A stretch of DNA of 64,000 bases from Octopus vulgaris (lineage: Eukaryota): NCBI GenBank assembly GCA_951406725.2, contig OX597814.1:188418001-188482000 (forward strand). Reading direction: 5' to 3'. A program made the translations under genes and the position numbers. How positions within the stretch are numbered: position 1 is the stretch's first letter; every line of letters begins with the position of its first letter. Below the pieces are notes generated by a model that was not told the origin of the DNA, made no database searches, and saw nothing but the letters and a program-made list of their open reading frames with translations. Below are positions 26,700 to 40,208 of the stretch, one piece after another.

Positions 26700-27032
26700 T
26701 GACCCCCTTCGGTCAGACACTGACCATGGGTTTGCACCTAGAGAGTTACCCTCTGAGGCACAAGTCTGGGCAAGGTTGTTTTATGGAAGACCAGCAGTCG
26801 CCCATGCATACCGGCCTCCCCTCTCCACGTCACCGATGTTGTCCAAGGGAAAGGCAAGGGCCGATACAGCTTGGCACCTGTGACGTCGCAACTCATTTCT
26901 ACAACTGAGTGGACTGGAGTAACGTGAAATAAAGTGTCTTGCTCAAGAACACAACACGCAGCCTGGTCCGGGATTCGAGCTCACAACCTCATGATCGTAA
27001 GCTCGACGCTCTAACCACTGAGACACGCGCCT

Positions 27033-27036
<4 letters not shown>
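26700..27036 (-). mobile_element. Full-length SINE family D
   Basis: tRNA-like head gtgaaggcgcgtgtctcagtggttagagcg...gctcgaatcc on the minus strand. Confidence 0.93.
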
Positions 27037-27109
<73 letters not shown>

Positions 27110-27464
27110 ACATCCTATAACCTCTACAGCAACTCTCCATCCCACGTGTCCTATTTACTCCGTTCTATCTTTCTGTAGTGTGTATCCTTATCTGGACTAG
27201 ACAGACAGGAGGAGACACATGGGATTGACAGTCGATGAAAAGGTCACCGGACGTGTGACGAGGAATTTCAGACAAAGGACACTAAAATAATAATAATAAT
27301 AATAAAGCTGAGGTGAAGACCAGATATATTGTACGTGTAGTCATTTAGAAAAAAAATGACCATCCCGGAATATATATCTACACACACAAGCGCACACACA
27401 CACGCACTCCCACACACACGCAAACACACATACACATGCACAAACACACACACATATAACCATA

Positions 27465-27691
27465 CACGAGGGAAAGCTGAAAAGTTCCTGGTTTTTAAGG
27501 GTATCGCGATCGCGAAAGGCCTGGCTGGAGGCCCAACCTTCTGAGTTATTTTACAGGGCTTAGGAAAACTGGAGAACCGCTGCAATAAATGTGTGAATCT
27601 AAAAGGGGAATATGTTGAATAAAATCATAATTAACTGATCCTCCTGCATTTTTTTTTACCCAAAGAGAATTTTTCATCACTCCCTTGCGTA
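27465..27691 (+). mobile_element. Internally deleted mariner (Tc1/mariner) element
   Basis: Retains the transposase C-terminus LQGLGKLENRCNKCVNLKGEYVE* between imperfect TIRs with TA flanks; second copy at 49230. Confidence 0.8.
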
Positions 27692-27701
27692 TATATATAT
27701 A

Positions 27702-28790
27702 TGCTCTCTCTGCAATTCCTTGTACATCGGACAAACGGGACGCCGCTTGGCTGACCGGTTCGCGGAACACCTTCGTGACATCCACCTTGCGAACGACACA
27801 CCGGTCTCACGCCATTTCCGCTCCACCGGTCACTCCTTGCAACACCTATCTGTGTTCGGTTTGTCCTTACACAGAGGCTATCCGGATTCCCGTTTGCGCC
27901 GTGAACAGGAATTAATCTTCTCTCTTCGCTCTTATACGCCATTTGGTCTCAACTCTCCCCCTCCTCATCTAACCCCCCTCTCCCCCCTCCTCACCTATCC
28001 TTCCCCCCGACCCCTACTTCTTCAGTCCTTCATCCTTTCACCCCTACTCCCCTTCCCTTCTTCCCTCTTTCTCCCTCCTTCCCTCTTCCCTCTGCTCCCT
28101 CACTCCCCTTCTCTCTCCCCCTCCCCCTCTTTCCTCCTTCCTCCCCTCCTCCTCCCCTTGCTCCCCCTCCTCCATCTCCCCATCCTCCCCGTCTTCTTCC
28201 CCTCCCCTTCTCCCCCCTCTTCTCCCCCTCCCCCTCTTCTCCTCACTACACCACACGACTTTACACATCACATCATATATGATGTGCCATACTAATACAT
28301 ACACCAACTAATACATACTAATACGTACTAATACATACTAATACATACACCAACCCTATACATACACACGTCCAGACCCCTCATACGCACTTATACTCTC
28401 TCATACACACACACACACACTTATACATACTAATACGTACTAATACATACACCAACCCCATACATACGCCTGTCCAGACCTATCCTAGGGTCATTCAACC
28501 CTATTATCAACCCTATTATCTCCCCTTATTTCGCTCTCGCGTCTCATGTTTGATCTTTGACCTCTGGCCGAAATCAGATCGCCATGTTGATTCGTTAGTT
28601 ACTGCACGCATTTTTTTCTCTCCTTCTTTCTGTGTTTTTTTCCTCTCTGTGTATCTTTCTGTTGAAGAGCGTAGGCTCGAAACGTTAAAGACTTGTTTTA
28701 TTTATATTTCCTGAGCGCCATACTAATACAATTGTTTGTTTGTTTTCCACCTGCCTTCGTCTTTTGTCTATTTTCATAAAGCTTCCCGTT
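27702..28790 (+). mobile_element. 5'-truncated Penelope-like retroelement: GIY-YIG endonuclease C-terminal part, C-rich tract, terminal repeat with hammerhead motif
   Basis: CSLCNSLYIGQTGRRLADRFAEHLRDI...PVSRHF...H...RE..LI..L....P.GLN is the typical PLE GIY-YIG signature; inserted in (TA)n. Confidence 0.9.
28654..28691 (+). ncRNA. Minimal hammerhead-like motif with A6U core variant in the PLE terminal repeat
   Basis: tcttt-CTGTTGA-a-gagc(gtag)gctc-GAAA-cg-TT-aaaga; stems I and II are perfect. Confidence 0.6.
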
Positions 28791-28793
28791 ATA

Positions 28794-28992
28794 TATACAC
28801 ATATACGTACATACGTTCAGATTAACTCACGAAACAAAATAATGTTATTTGATTAATTCAAATATTTAACCTAGTATTTAGTAGACATGCCTTGTTAGTA
28901 ATACAATAACGAGTTTAAAACACCAGAAACTATCTGCACAGATACAACTACATAATGAGAGGTGTCTAATTACACACATACACGCGCGCATG

Positions 28993-29031
<39 letters not shown>

Positions 29032-29375
29032 ACACACACACACACACACAAACATCACCAAACCTATATATAAATATAAAGTTTAACTGTGAACTTTTAT
29101 GCTTCTTTTTTCTTTCTTTCTTCTTTTTCTTCATCCCCTTTGTCCTTTTCGCCTATCCTCTATGTCATCATTTCATTTATCTATACCATTCTCCTTTTTC
29201 CTGTTTGTCTCCGATGACAGGATATCCCAGAAACAACTGTAAGACTTTGAATGTTTCCAATAATAATAACTTGTAATGTCTGTCTTGCCTTACGATTTGT
29301 TGTTCTCTTTAACAATTATAAATACACATATGAGTATATTATATATATACACACACACACACATATATATGTATA

Positions 29376-29435
<60 letters not shown>

Positions 29436-29491
29436 CATATCTGTATATACATATATGTATATATGTATATATGTATATATATATATATATG

Positions 29492-29545
<54 letters not shown>

Positions 29546-29579
29546 TACATATATACATATATACATATATACAGATATG

Positions 29580-29655
<76 letters not shown>

Positions 29656-29987
29656 TATGTGTGTGTGTGTATATATATAATATACTCATATGTGTATTTA
29701 TAATTGTTAAAGAGGACAACAAATCGTAAGGCAAGACAGACATTACAAGTCATATACGTTATTATTATTGGAGGCATTCAAAGTCTTACAGTTGTTTCTG
29801 GGATATCCTGTCATCGGAGACAAACAGGAAAAAGGAGAATGGTATAGATAAATGAAATGATGACATAGAGGATAGGCGAAAAGGACAAAGGGGATGAAGA
29901 AAAAGAAGAAAGAAAGAAAAAAGAAGCATAAAAGTTCACAGTTAAACTTTATATTTATATATAGGTTTGGTGATGTGTGTGTGTATG

Positions 29988-30048
<61 letters not shown>

Positions 30049-30060
30049 TAGAAAGAGCGC

Positions 30061-30099
<39 letters not shown>

Positions 30100-30299
30100 T
30101 GCATGACGCGCGTGTGTGTGTAATTAGACACCTCTCATTATGTAGTTGTATATGTGCAGATAGTTCCGGGTGTTTTAAACTCGTTATTGTATTACTAACA
30201 AGGCATGTCTACTAAATACTAGGTTAAATATTTGAATTAATCAAATAACATTATTTTGCTTCATGAGTTAATCTGAACGTATGTATGTATATGTGTATA
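28794..30299. repeat. ~1.5 kb palindrome (inverted duplication) centred in a (TA)n tract near 29508
   Basis: 28794-29340 is the reverse complement of ~29680-30299, with scattered substitutions, a 9-bp indel and microsatellite length differences; the TA-rich centre is also symmetric. Confidence 0.96.
29207..29245 (+). ncRNA. Hammerhead-like motif (U4C core variant); mirror copy at 29783-29821 (-)
   Basis: gtct-CCGATGA-caggatatccca-GAAA-caactg-TA-agac; stem I intact, stem II imperfect. Confidence 0.5.
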
Positions 30300-30424
30300 A
30301 GCATTAACAAGGTGAATAGAGTGAGCAAGTCGTTTAATTGCAACTGGATGTATTGCATGACTCCACAATTGTTTCATGATGTTTCATGAACAATTTATTT
30401 CTGGACTATTATATAATACAACTT

Positions 30425-30663
30425 CAAATTACTGGTACAAGGTCAGTAATTTCAGAGGAGTGGAAGTCGATTATACCGAACCCAGAGCTCAAATGGTATT
30501 TATTTTGTTGATCCCAGTGCCCAACTGGCACTTATTTTATCGACGCCGAAAGGATGAAAGGCAAAGTCGACCTCGCAGAACTTGAGTTCAAAATGTATAG
30601 ACAGATGAAACGCCTCTAAGCATTTTGTCCGACATGCTAATAATTCTGCTAGTTCACCGCCCT
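30425..30663 (-). mobile_element. Diverged SINE family A
   Basis: Core gaaaggatgaaaggcaaagtcgacctcg and head present. Confidence 0.85.
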
Positions 30664-31013
30664 AATGGAACGTTATGATATACGAAATGACACAGCAAAT
30701 CAATATTATTCCAGCACTAAAGGAAAATATCGACTCTTCAGGTGTATGTATAAACTGGATTTGCTGAATGAGCCCCAAATATGTGTGTGTGTGAGGTGGT
30801 GGCTGTGTGTGTTAGTATGTATGTGTAAATGCCTGTGCGTATGTGCATGTGTGCATGAGAGTTTTTTTTAAAGAAGAGAACGTGTCAACCAGAGTGGGAA
30901 TTGGCAGCTATTTTTAGTAGGTGGAATGCCTGCGTAAAGTATCCATCTCCGTCCCAGAGAAATTTTATTGTTATTAGTATTATTGTACATTTCACTTCTT
31001 GGACATCAACCTG

Positions 31014-31394
31014 TTTACTTTTTTACTCTTTTTACTTGTTTCAGTCATTTTGATCGCGGCCATGCTGGAGCACCGCCTTTAGTCGAGCAAATCGACCCCA
31101 GGACTTATTCTTTGTAAGCCTACTACTTTTTCTATCGGTCTCTTTTACCGAACTGCTAAGTTACGGGGACCTAAATACACCAACATCGGTTGTCAAGCCA
31201 TGTTGGGGGGGGGGGGACAAACACAGACACACAAACATACACACAAACACACACACACACACATACACACTCACACACACACACACATATATATATACAT
31301 ATATACGACGACCCAAAGTGCTACGCAGTGGGAATGAACCCGGAACCATGTGGTTGGTAAGCAAGCTACTTACCACACAGCCACTGCTGCGCCT
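31014..31394 (-). mobile_element. SINE family B with internal deletion
   Basis: Match to the family consensus. Confidence 0.92.
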
Positions 31395-31677
31395 ATGTTG
31401 TCAAGGATCTTACAGCGTCTTCTTCCACGATACTTAACATCCAAGTACCTATCTCAAAATCTTATACTCCTGAGGATTCAGGGAAATTTCGGACAGCAAG
31501 ATTCTTCAATTATCCCTAGAAGCTTTCCTGTATCAGGAGGGCCACATCTCTATCATCCTTCCACTACCTTTTCTTTATTTTTAAACCTTTGTATGCATAT
31601 GTCCCTTCTTTTCCAATGTATACTTACTTTGTTTCTTTGCATTTTTTGTTATTATTCACCCTTGTGGGAAATAAATG

Positions 31678-31726
<49 letters not shown>

Positions 31727-31904
31727 TATTGTTTTTTTCCTTTTCTTCTTCAAATTTTCTTCCATTCCTCGCCGAGTATTTTCTGTACACCTAGGGCAGA
31801 AAAGCTCATTGTATGCATTCCCAGATTACACACGCAAATTCACAGGTAAAATATGTATTTAAAAATTAAATAAACAAATAAATAAATAAATAAATAAATT
31901 CATG

Positions 31905-32190
31905 AATGGATGTTGTTTTCACGACGATAATGCTCTTCTCAGTACATGAGTCGTTCCAGTAAACACAATTTTTTGCATTTCCTGTAGGGATAGTAAGCCT
32001 GGTATCATTTTCAAATAGGTTTCAGTACCTTTTTTTAATCATTCCTAGAGATCCTACAATCATTGGTATTGTAGTCGCCTTGAGATGCCACATTTTAAAA
32101 AATTTCTATTAGCAAGTCTTTATATTTTCTGATCTTGTCAAATTCTTTCGCCGCTATATTGTGATCGCAAGGAATATTCAAGCTTAGAGA
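31905..32190 (-). mobile_element. R4/Dong-type LINE 3' fragment
   Basis: Minus strand reads ...IPCDHNIAAKEFDKIRKYKDLLIEI..MWHLKATTIPMIVGSLGMI, the restriction-like endonuclease C-terminus; next to (AAT)n. Confidence 0.8.
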
Positions 32191-32215
32191 ATATGCAGAT
32201 TTGAGAAAAGAATCA

Positions 32216-32285
<70 letters not shown>

Positions 32286-32286
<1 letters not shown>

Positions 32287-32712
32287 GAGAACAGCGCGTG
32301 CCATCAAAGTGACACTGGGGCAAAATATACGAAGCCCAATGTGCCCATCATGACAACTCGTCTGATAAGGGTATACCAGGCACATGCATCACAACCATAT
32401 GTAAGCGACATGGGGATCACATATAAGGATAAACAGCGCATGACCTTGCAGATGGTGCCCCGTTTGAAATTTCTTCAGATCAAATAGCCCATCCCGCTTA
32501 AAAGGTCCCTGAATAAGGTTTGTTTAAGGATAATGAACGAAACACCTATGTTTCCAGAGGTGAATTATTCAAGCCTCAAAGAATTCCTCTCAACACATGG
32601 TTATGATGCTTCCCTACAACTTCTGCTCGTGATCAGAGATGCACATATCGTTAGCCACTAAGGGAGTGCTCAAGTGTTTATGGTCAAATCTGTGGTATTG
32701 AGCAGAATATTG
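32286..32712 (-). mobile_element. (AAT)n-tailed dispersed element, homologous to 57211-57770
   Basis: Reverse-complement match over ~400 bp; ends in the (TTA)n tract at 32217-32285. Confidence 0.88.
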
Positions 32713-34379
32713 GATCCGGCTATCAGCAGACTGCTTCATGTAGATTGTGTCGCTACCTTCCTTTGGTCGGGAAGGATGGGAAGTTTACCTCCCTCTGGTA
32801 GTTATAGGGAAAGAGATTTAAGACAGATTTAAGACATACACTTTCCTCTTCAGCTAAGGCCTCAATGACTTTTTAAAATTCCATTTGAAAAGGAAGGTGA
32901 GGACTGAGATGGACCTGCTGAAAGTAGATTTGTTGAAAGGTGGGGGAATGTGGCGCGGATGGATTATGTGAATGGGACTACTATAAGCTAGAGCCTGTAG
33001 GCTAAGGAGTACAGAGGAGAGACGAGCACTTGCCCTGTTGCTTCCGCTATGCCCGGGAACTGCGGGGCTATGTGGTTGCCCCAGGGTTGCGTTGTCCCAC
33101 GTTTTGTTTCGAAAATTGTTATTGTTTTATTCCTTACACTTTCAGTTTGAATGTCTAGAGGATTGTTGTTGAGGCAAACCTAGGGGGGAAAGTCTAAAGA
33201 GACATCTATAGAGATATATTGACAAAAGGAATGATTGACCCTTTCTAAACTATGTTGTACAGTCTAGAACCTGATCGAAAGGATTCGACACAATGTAGAA
33301 TGATAGAGATGGTAAAAGAATATGAAAGATAGGAAAACGAAAAGACGCAAAAGATTAGCAGGAAGTGCTACGCAACTAGCAAATTCAGAGAAAGGAAAAA
33401 GTTATCGTAGCAAAAGAAGGCCCAGACTTAAAAGAATTAAACATTGCTTATGGCATTCCATATCATTTGATACCATTAATGAAAGATCTTTAGAATGATG
33501 ATAAAACATAATGATGTTCGAAAAATCTGCGAACATATCTGGTCACTGCATTTCCTTACACTCAAAGATTGCAAATCATAATTAACGTGCCACACAGTTC
33601 AACGCTTACAAACGAAATTTTATCAATGTATCCCCACCTTTTCTAGAAAACAATAAAGTCGGAAAATAACGGAAAAGAGATGGTTGATCTAAGAAGTTTC
33701 ACACCTCAATTACTCTGCAATAATTTAAAATTATTACTTTCCTGCCCTCTTAGATGGGTCCGGCTTAATTGCAATGGTGAGATATTTACAAAAACAATTG
33801 AATGTACCCGATTGTCTGCTATTCCACCATAATAATAACACACACAGCCAACAAAAAACGTAGCTGAAAATCTTTCTCAATTTACGCCAGGTTATCTTAA
33901 AAGAAGAACGTTGAATAATGTAGTAAGTGATCCGGCAAATCTACAAAAATAAAATGAAAAACAAGACAGGAACGGCTTCATCAAACAAAACTGCTCGTTC
34001 AAAACTTTACACGGAGATAAACAACACAATCACTAATAGAGCTTTCATTATACCTACACAGCTCCTTCAACTTGTTAAATAATAATCACGCAATAAGCCA
34101 TTGCTGCCACAGTTACTATGAAACTACCTCAATTACCGAATGATGATACATTTATTTTCTGCAATATGCAATTAAAAGTATATTCACAGATTTTTTAATA
34201 AGCAAATACCAAATAAATGTATAAACACGTAGGAGAATATTTATTTGAACGGAAGAATGTATTTTCCTAGGCATCCATACATCAGGTTGTTATAAACCTT
34301 GTGCTGTCCACACTACAATTCTCTAGAGTAAACGTTTCAAAATACGTATGTTATTAAATTTGTTAGTCTCTAGCAGCAG

Positions 34380-34562
34380 CCGGAAACAGCTTAGTCTACT
34401 TCCGTTTCGTTGAAGGAATCACATACTAGCCTAGAGATTTTCTGTCAATATTTTCTTCTGAAAAAAACTTCTAACAATTCCATCTCATAAATAAATAACT
34501 TTCACTAACTTCCTGAAAGCATATAAATAAGCTGTAAGTACGATCAATATGGCGGCCATTTC
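34380..34562. promoter_or_regulatory. YY1 and ETS-like motif cluster
   Basis: CAATATGGCGGC 34545-34556 overlapping a minus-strand AAATGGCCGCC; CCGGAAAC at 34380, ACTTCCG at 34398, TATAAATAA at 34522. Motifs only. Confidence 0.3.
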
Positions 34563-34664
34563 AAAATTTTCATTTTGTTCCCGCGAGGCTTAAAAGGAAG
34601 CAAATCCGTTACATCATTCGGAAATAGCTGTCGTCTCCGTCGTAACCATCGTCGTTGTTATTTT

Positions 34665-34706
34665 GCTATTATTATCATAAGAATCATTATTATTATTATT
34701 ATTATA

Positions 34707-34756
<50 letters not shown>

Positions 34757-34791
34757 CATTATTATTATTGTTATTATTATTATTGTTGTTG

Positions 34792-34836
<45 letters not shown>

Positions 34837-34927
34837 TTATTGTTTTTGTTGTTGTTGTTATTATTATTATTATTATTATTATTGTTATTATTATTATTAT
34901 TATTATTATTTATTATTATTATTATTA

Positions 34928-34992
<65 letters not shown>

Positions 34993-35266
34993 ATTATTAT
35001 TATTATGTAATCGTATTAATATTGCTATGTTTATATTGAAATAATTTTTCTTTTACAAGTATAAAATGTACTTGATAACCATTCAGTTTTAGCTGCTGGC
35101 ATTCAGAATTAAATTTCACTGAGTCAAGTTGCGCCTTTAAAATATATAATGACACATGTTTTAAACACAGTCAGACAAAAAAGGTAAAAGAATTGGAAAA
35201 AAAGGTAAAATATCGGTGACACCTATCTTTAGAACTGTTCTTGCGTGTTCAACAAAGTCGTTTCCT

Positions 35267-35318
<52 letters not shown>

Positions 35319-35425
35319 CACTACTACTACTTCTGCTGCTGCTGCTGCTGTTGCTGCCGCTGTTGCTTCTTCTTCTTCTTCTTCTTCTTCTTCTTCTTCT
35401 TCTTCTTCTTCTTCTTCTTCTTCCA
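34665..35425. repeat. Trinucleotide microsatellites: (TTA/TTG)n 34665-35005; (CTA)n(CTG)n(CTT)n 35267-35423
   Basis: Direct reading. Confidence 0.97.
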
Positions 35426-35489
35426 ATCAGGACTCACGCCATTAGCCACAAAGAATAATCTCTAATTCGAACCTACTCTAATCTGATAA

Positions 35490-35829
35490 GAATGTGTGTG
35501 GCAACTTGAAGATCCACCCACCTCACGCGATAGACTGGCAGTTGCACGGGCGCGAAAGTTACGTTGTTATCCTCATTCCGTAAACGGTGGCTTTTAACGA
35601 GTGGCGAGCTGAACCATCCTGGGGTACAGAGGATTCGCAATCTAGACTAGGGTCTGAAAGTTTACCACACCATAGTGGGTTACACCATGGTTCCTCTGCT
35701 TTGTGGCAGAAGTAGGAGGAAAGAGTGAGAGAAAGTTGTGGTGAAAGAGTACAGCGGGGTTCACCACCGCACCCCGCCGGAGCCTCGTGGAGTTTATGTG
35801 TTTTGCTCAATAAACACTCACAATGCCGG
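35490..35829 (-). mobile_element. SINE family C (head truncated), tail type 4
   Basis: Core ctccacgaggctccggc...ctgtactctttcaccacaactttctctcactc on the minus strand with a distinct tail; tail end approximate. Confidence 0.8.
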
Positions 35830-36636
35830 AACAATATCGCTAAGTAATTTACTGTTGGAAGTGCATACTTACGGTATGGCAACAGTATCTTTTAGAAAAT
35901 CCTCCATGAAAGCCAGAGTACAATGTTATGGAGATCAAAGTTCTAGAATCCTGTTCAACATACATGTAAATAGAAATTCCTTCTCACAAGTGATCCTTTC
36001 TGGTATTTAATCATGCTGACAAGTATTAGGAAAATGTTACGTAATGTTGCTATAAATTATCTGCAAAATAGCGTTTTTCTTTAATAAGTAACATTACTCC
36101 ACATATTAAACCAATTCAAACTATCTGTGCAACTTAACATGATCTTCTGGGACTGGATTACTCAATTAGAAGTCCCTTGTGTATACTATTCAGTCATATT
36201 TAGTATTTTAAATTACTTCTTCCCTCTTTAATATTATAAGGAATTGCATAAAAATAATTTTGTTCGTATGATGCTACATTCCGATGATGTATCGGAAGTG
36301 TCTGATTTTATCAAAAGAGGAATGTGCATCTAGCATTTCGCCACAACAGATGGACGAATTTTGTCTGCCACTAATATATTTGCGTTGTTAAACATGGTAC
36401 GTGCATAAGAGATATTATATCCTGAAGAATACTGCAGTTAATAAGAATTTTCGCTTTGTATCTGCATTCAGTACGATACACAGGTTGGCTTATTATCTCT
36501 TCTTTCTTTCTCTTTCTGTCTTTATATATATGTATGTGTGTGTGTGCATGTATGTATGTATGTATGTATGTATGTATGTATGTATGTATGTATGTATGTA
36601 TGTATGTATGTATGTATGTATTTATGTATATATCTA

Positions 36637-36773
<137 letters not shown>

Positions 36774-37256
36774 GCACCGCCTCGAAGAATTTTAATCGAA
36801 CAAATCGATTCACAGGACTTATTTTTAAAGTCTGATATCTATTCTATTGGGCTCTTTTGCCGGACCGCTATGTTACAGTGATGTAAACACACCAACACCA
36901 GTTGTCAAACGGTGGTTTCATTTTCCGTCTACCAAATCCATTCACAAAGCTTTCGTCGGTTGGAGGCTATAGTAAAAGACACTCGCCAAAGGTGTCACAC
37001 TGTGGGAACCCTGAAGCATGTGGTTGGGAAGCAAGCTTCTTACCACACAGCCACGCCTGCGCCTATATATATCTTATACATGTATGTATGTATGTATGTA
37101 TGTATGTATGTATGTATGTATGTATGTATGTATGTATGTATGTATGTATGTATGTATGCATGCATGCATGTATGTATGTATGTATGTATGTGTGTATGTG
37201 TGCATCTATATATGTATGTATGTATTATGTATATATATATATATATATATATATAA

Positions 37257-37540
37257 TACAAAATGGGACAAGAACGCAAAACATCCGGACAACTAGGTGA
37301 TACAAAAAGGGACAACAAAACATTCAGATAGACGATACAAAAAAAACAAGGACGGGTCATTCGAAGCTTTCTATCCTCAGTCAAGAACCAGATCCTCCTC
37401 GCAATTTCGGCTGATTAATCTTGAGATTGCTCCAATATGGCCAGCCCCAAGGAAAAACGAAGCTAAGAGCATTAGATTCCTTGGAAGAAAGCATCGAATG
37501 TATACGAATGTATACGAAAACAAGGACGGAAAAACAGACA
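37257..37540 (-). mobile_element. (TA)-flanked dispersed element, homologous to 63125-63330 (probable Penelope-type terminal region)
   Basis: Shared blocks aatctaatgc, ccttggggctggcc, ggagcaa(a)tctca, cagccgaaatt and gactga.ga. Confidence 0.75.
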
Positions 37541-37579
37541 ATGAAAATGAATCTAGGTTGTCAGCTAAAGGTAAAATCC

Positions 37580-38975
37580 CAAACAACCAAGGATGATTTC
37601 AAACTGTATGGCAAGGATGAGACACAAGTGAGTTCCTTGGTGAACACGGTTCACTGTTTTTAGTACTGATATTAGAATGGAATTCTGATTCAAGAAGTGT
37701 GGAATAACCTACCTAAAAAGAGGCAAGGTACAGTCCCTAGCAGAGACAGAGTTATTGAACGGAGAACTGATTAAACAAATTGAAACGGAAGGCTACAAAT
37801 ACATGGGCAGACTAGAGTTCAACAAGATAATGAAGAAGGAAATAAAAAAAGCAACTGAGGATGGAATATTTCCGAAGACTAAGATTGATGTTGCGCTCAA
37901 AATTAACTGGATGAACTAAAATCCAAGCAGTTAATATATAGGTGATAATATCACTTCAGTATGGAGCTGGAGTTATAAAATGTTAAAAGAAAGAACTGAT
38001 GAAAATGGATACAAAGACAAGAAAAATGTCGACAGTACATGGCGTCTTCCACCCTATGAGTAACACCAACAGGCTGTACTTGGTCAGAAGAAATGGTGGG
38101 AGAGGATTGATCAGTCACCAGGATTGTATTGAAGCATAGGAAAACAGCTTAGGTTGGTATGTAAAAAAAAGCCGTGGAACAATTGTTGGAACATCCGACG
38201 TCATTAAAACTGAGAATTGTGAAATGAAAAAAAAAATTTTAAAGGGAAAAGAACACGAAAAAAAATAGCAGAGAAGGAAAAAATGTATAGACAGTTTGCA
38301 AGAGATACGAACGCCAAGACAGATACAAAAGACCGGTAGTTATGGATGAGAGGGAGTGATCTGAAGATAGAAGCAGAAGCACTTATATGCGCAGCTCAAG
38401 AAGTAGCATTAAGGACCAACTATGTGAAGTGCATAATAGACAACTCTACCAACAGCGACAAATGCAGAATGTGTCGTGAGAGGGGTGAAACGGTATGGCG
38501 CATCGTTAACGAATGCTCGAAATTGACACAGCACGAATACAAAAGATGACATGACAATGTGACAAGAATGATCCATTGGGTGTTCTGTGGTAATCACGGT
38601 CTACAAAAGGCAAAGGTATGGTATGAGAAAATTTTAGAAGGAGTCATCAAGAATGAGAATTGCAAAATCCTATGAGATACAATGATTCAGTGCGATCACC
38701 TGACCAGACATCGGAAAACGGACATTGTTGTGGTGAATAAAAGCAAAAAATATGCATGATAATCGACATAGCATGTCTCGGTGACAACAGGATCAAAGAG
38801 AAAGAAGAAAAACTGAACAACTACAACGATTTGAAGTGGGAAACACGAAGGTTGTGGTCAATGAGGAGAGTAGACGGACGTGATACCAATAGTAATTGGC
38901 GCACTTGGAAATGGCCTCAAAAAGATTGATAAAGGTAGAACACCTACAAAAATCGGCATTGCTTGGAACTGCAAC
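37580..38975 (+). mobile_element. Decayed R4/Dong-clade non-LTR retrotransposon (RT C-half, zinc knuckle, restriction-like endonuclease)
   Basis: DDFKLYGK (RT), GGRGL, EALICAAQE.ALRTNY, CRMC..RGETVW.IV.EC, HDNV...IHW, ENCKIL, DIVVV, IIDIAC, VIGALG; many stops and frameshifts. Confidence 0.9.
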
Positions 38976-39023
38976 AAGCATGACTAGTAGACAAGTATCA
39001 CCTTAGTCTGCTGGCGTTGGACA

Positions 39024-39320
39024 GCTGACAATACAAAGACCTGGAAATAGAGGTAACTCGAATGTGGAGTCTAAAAACAGAAACAATTCCTATCATAGTG
39101 GGCGCATTAGGTATGATAAAAAAATATTCAGACAAATAAATAACAAAAACACCAGGACTAACAAATATATCTAACATAAAGAAAATAACACTACTAGGGA
39201 CTGCACACATCCTACGTAAAACACTTCAATACAGCAATCAATACAATAATCATAGCACATAGCCAAGGCACACAGAGCTGCGCTCGATAGTGCAATGAAA
39301 GCACGTTATAAAAATAAGAC
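39024..39320 (+). mobile_element. 3' end of a second R4/Dong-type LINE
   Basis: YKDLEIEVTRMWSLKTETIPIIVGALGMIK, followed by a 3' UTR and (GAT)n/(AAT)n. Confidence 0.85.
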
Positions 39321-39356
39321 TACTGACTAATAACATCAACAACAACAACAATGATA

Positions 39357-39398
<42 letters not shown>

Positions 39399-39436
39399 CT
39401 GATGCTGATGCTGATGATGATAACAACAACAACAAC

Positions 39437-39514
<78 letters not shown>

Positions 39515-39515
<1 letters not shown>

Positions 39516-40010
39516 GAACGAGTGTGTAACTTCAAAATAACAGAAAAGTGGTATGAACACGAACTGTGATAGAAAATGAGAATTGCAAGATCTTGTGTGG
39601 GGGTTTTACCATAAATACTGACCACATTGTTGATGCAAGAAAACCGGATACGATCATAGAAGACAAAATAAACAAACAGTATAAGGTCATAGATCTTGTG
39701 ATTCCTTTTCATAGCAGAGTTAATACCAAAGAAATTGAAAAAATTGATAAACATCAGGAACTAGTTAGAGAGCTGAGGAGACTGTGAAAGACAAAGACAT
39801 CAATTATTCCTGTAGTAACTGGTGAACTTGGTACAACACCCACAATGCTACCTTATAGATAGAAAGCGACTGGAATTGAAACTTGCATTGTCGACCAGCA
39901 AGAAAAGTACTGTCCTATATTCTACATGAATCCTAAAAAAGATTCTTCAGATTTGAGGAGACTTGTCGTCACCAAACATCAAGATAAAATAACTGCTAAA
40001 TTAGCCAGCA
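39515..40010 (+). mobile_element. 3' end of a third R4/Dong-type LINE between (AAT)n and (TTA)n tracts
   Basis: KWYEH...IENENCKIL.GFTINTDH...ARKPD.I...VID..IP...V.TKE.EKI.K.QEL..EL.RL (PD..D nuclease). Confidence 0.87.
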
Positions 40011-40015
40011 ATAGC

Positions 40016-40092
<77 letters not shown>

Positions 40093-40157
40093 AATAATAT
40101 TATTATTAAGATGATGATGGTGATTATGATGATTATGATGATGATAATAATAATAAC

Positions 40158-40208
<51 letters not shown>

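Noticed and set aside
36265-36305. C/D-box snoRNA-like TGATG...CTGA with a small hairpin
   Set aside because: Too short, imperfect C box and no terminal stem.
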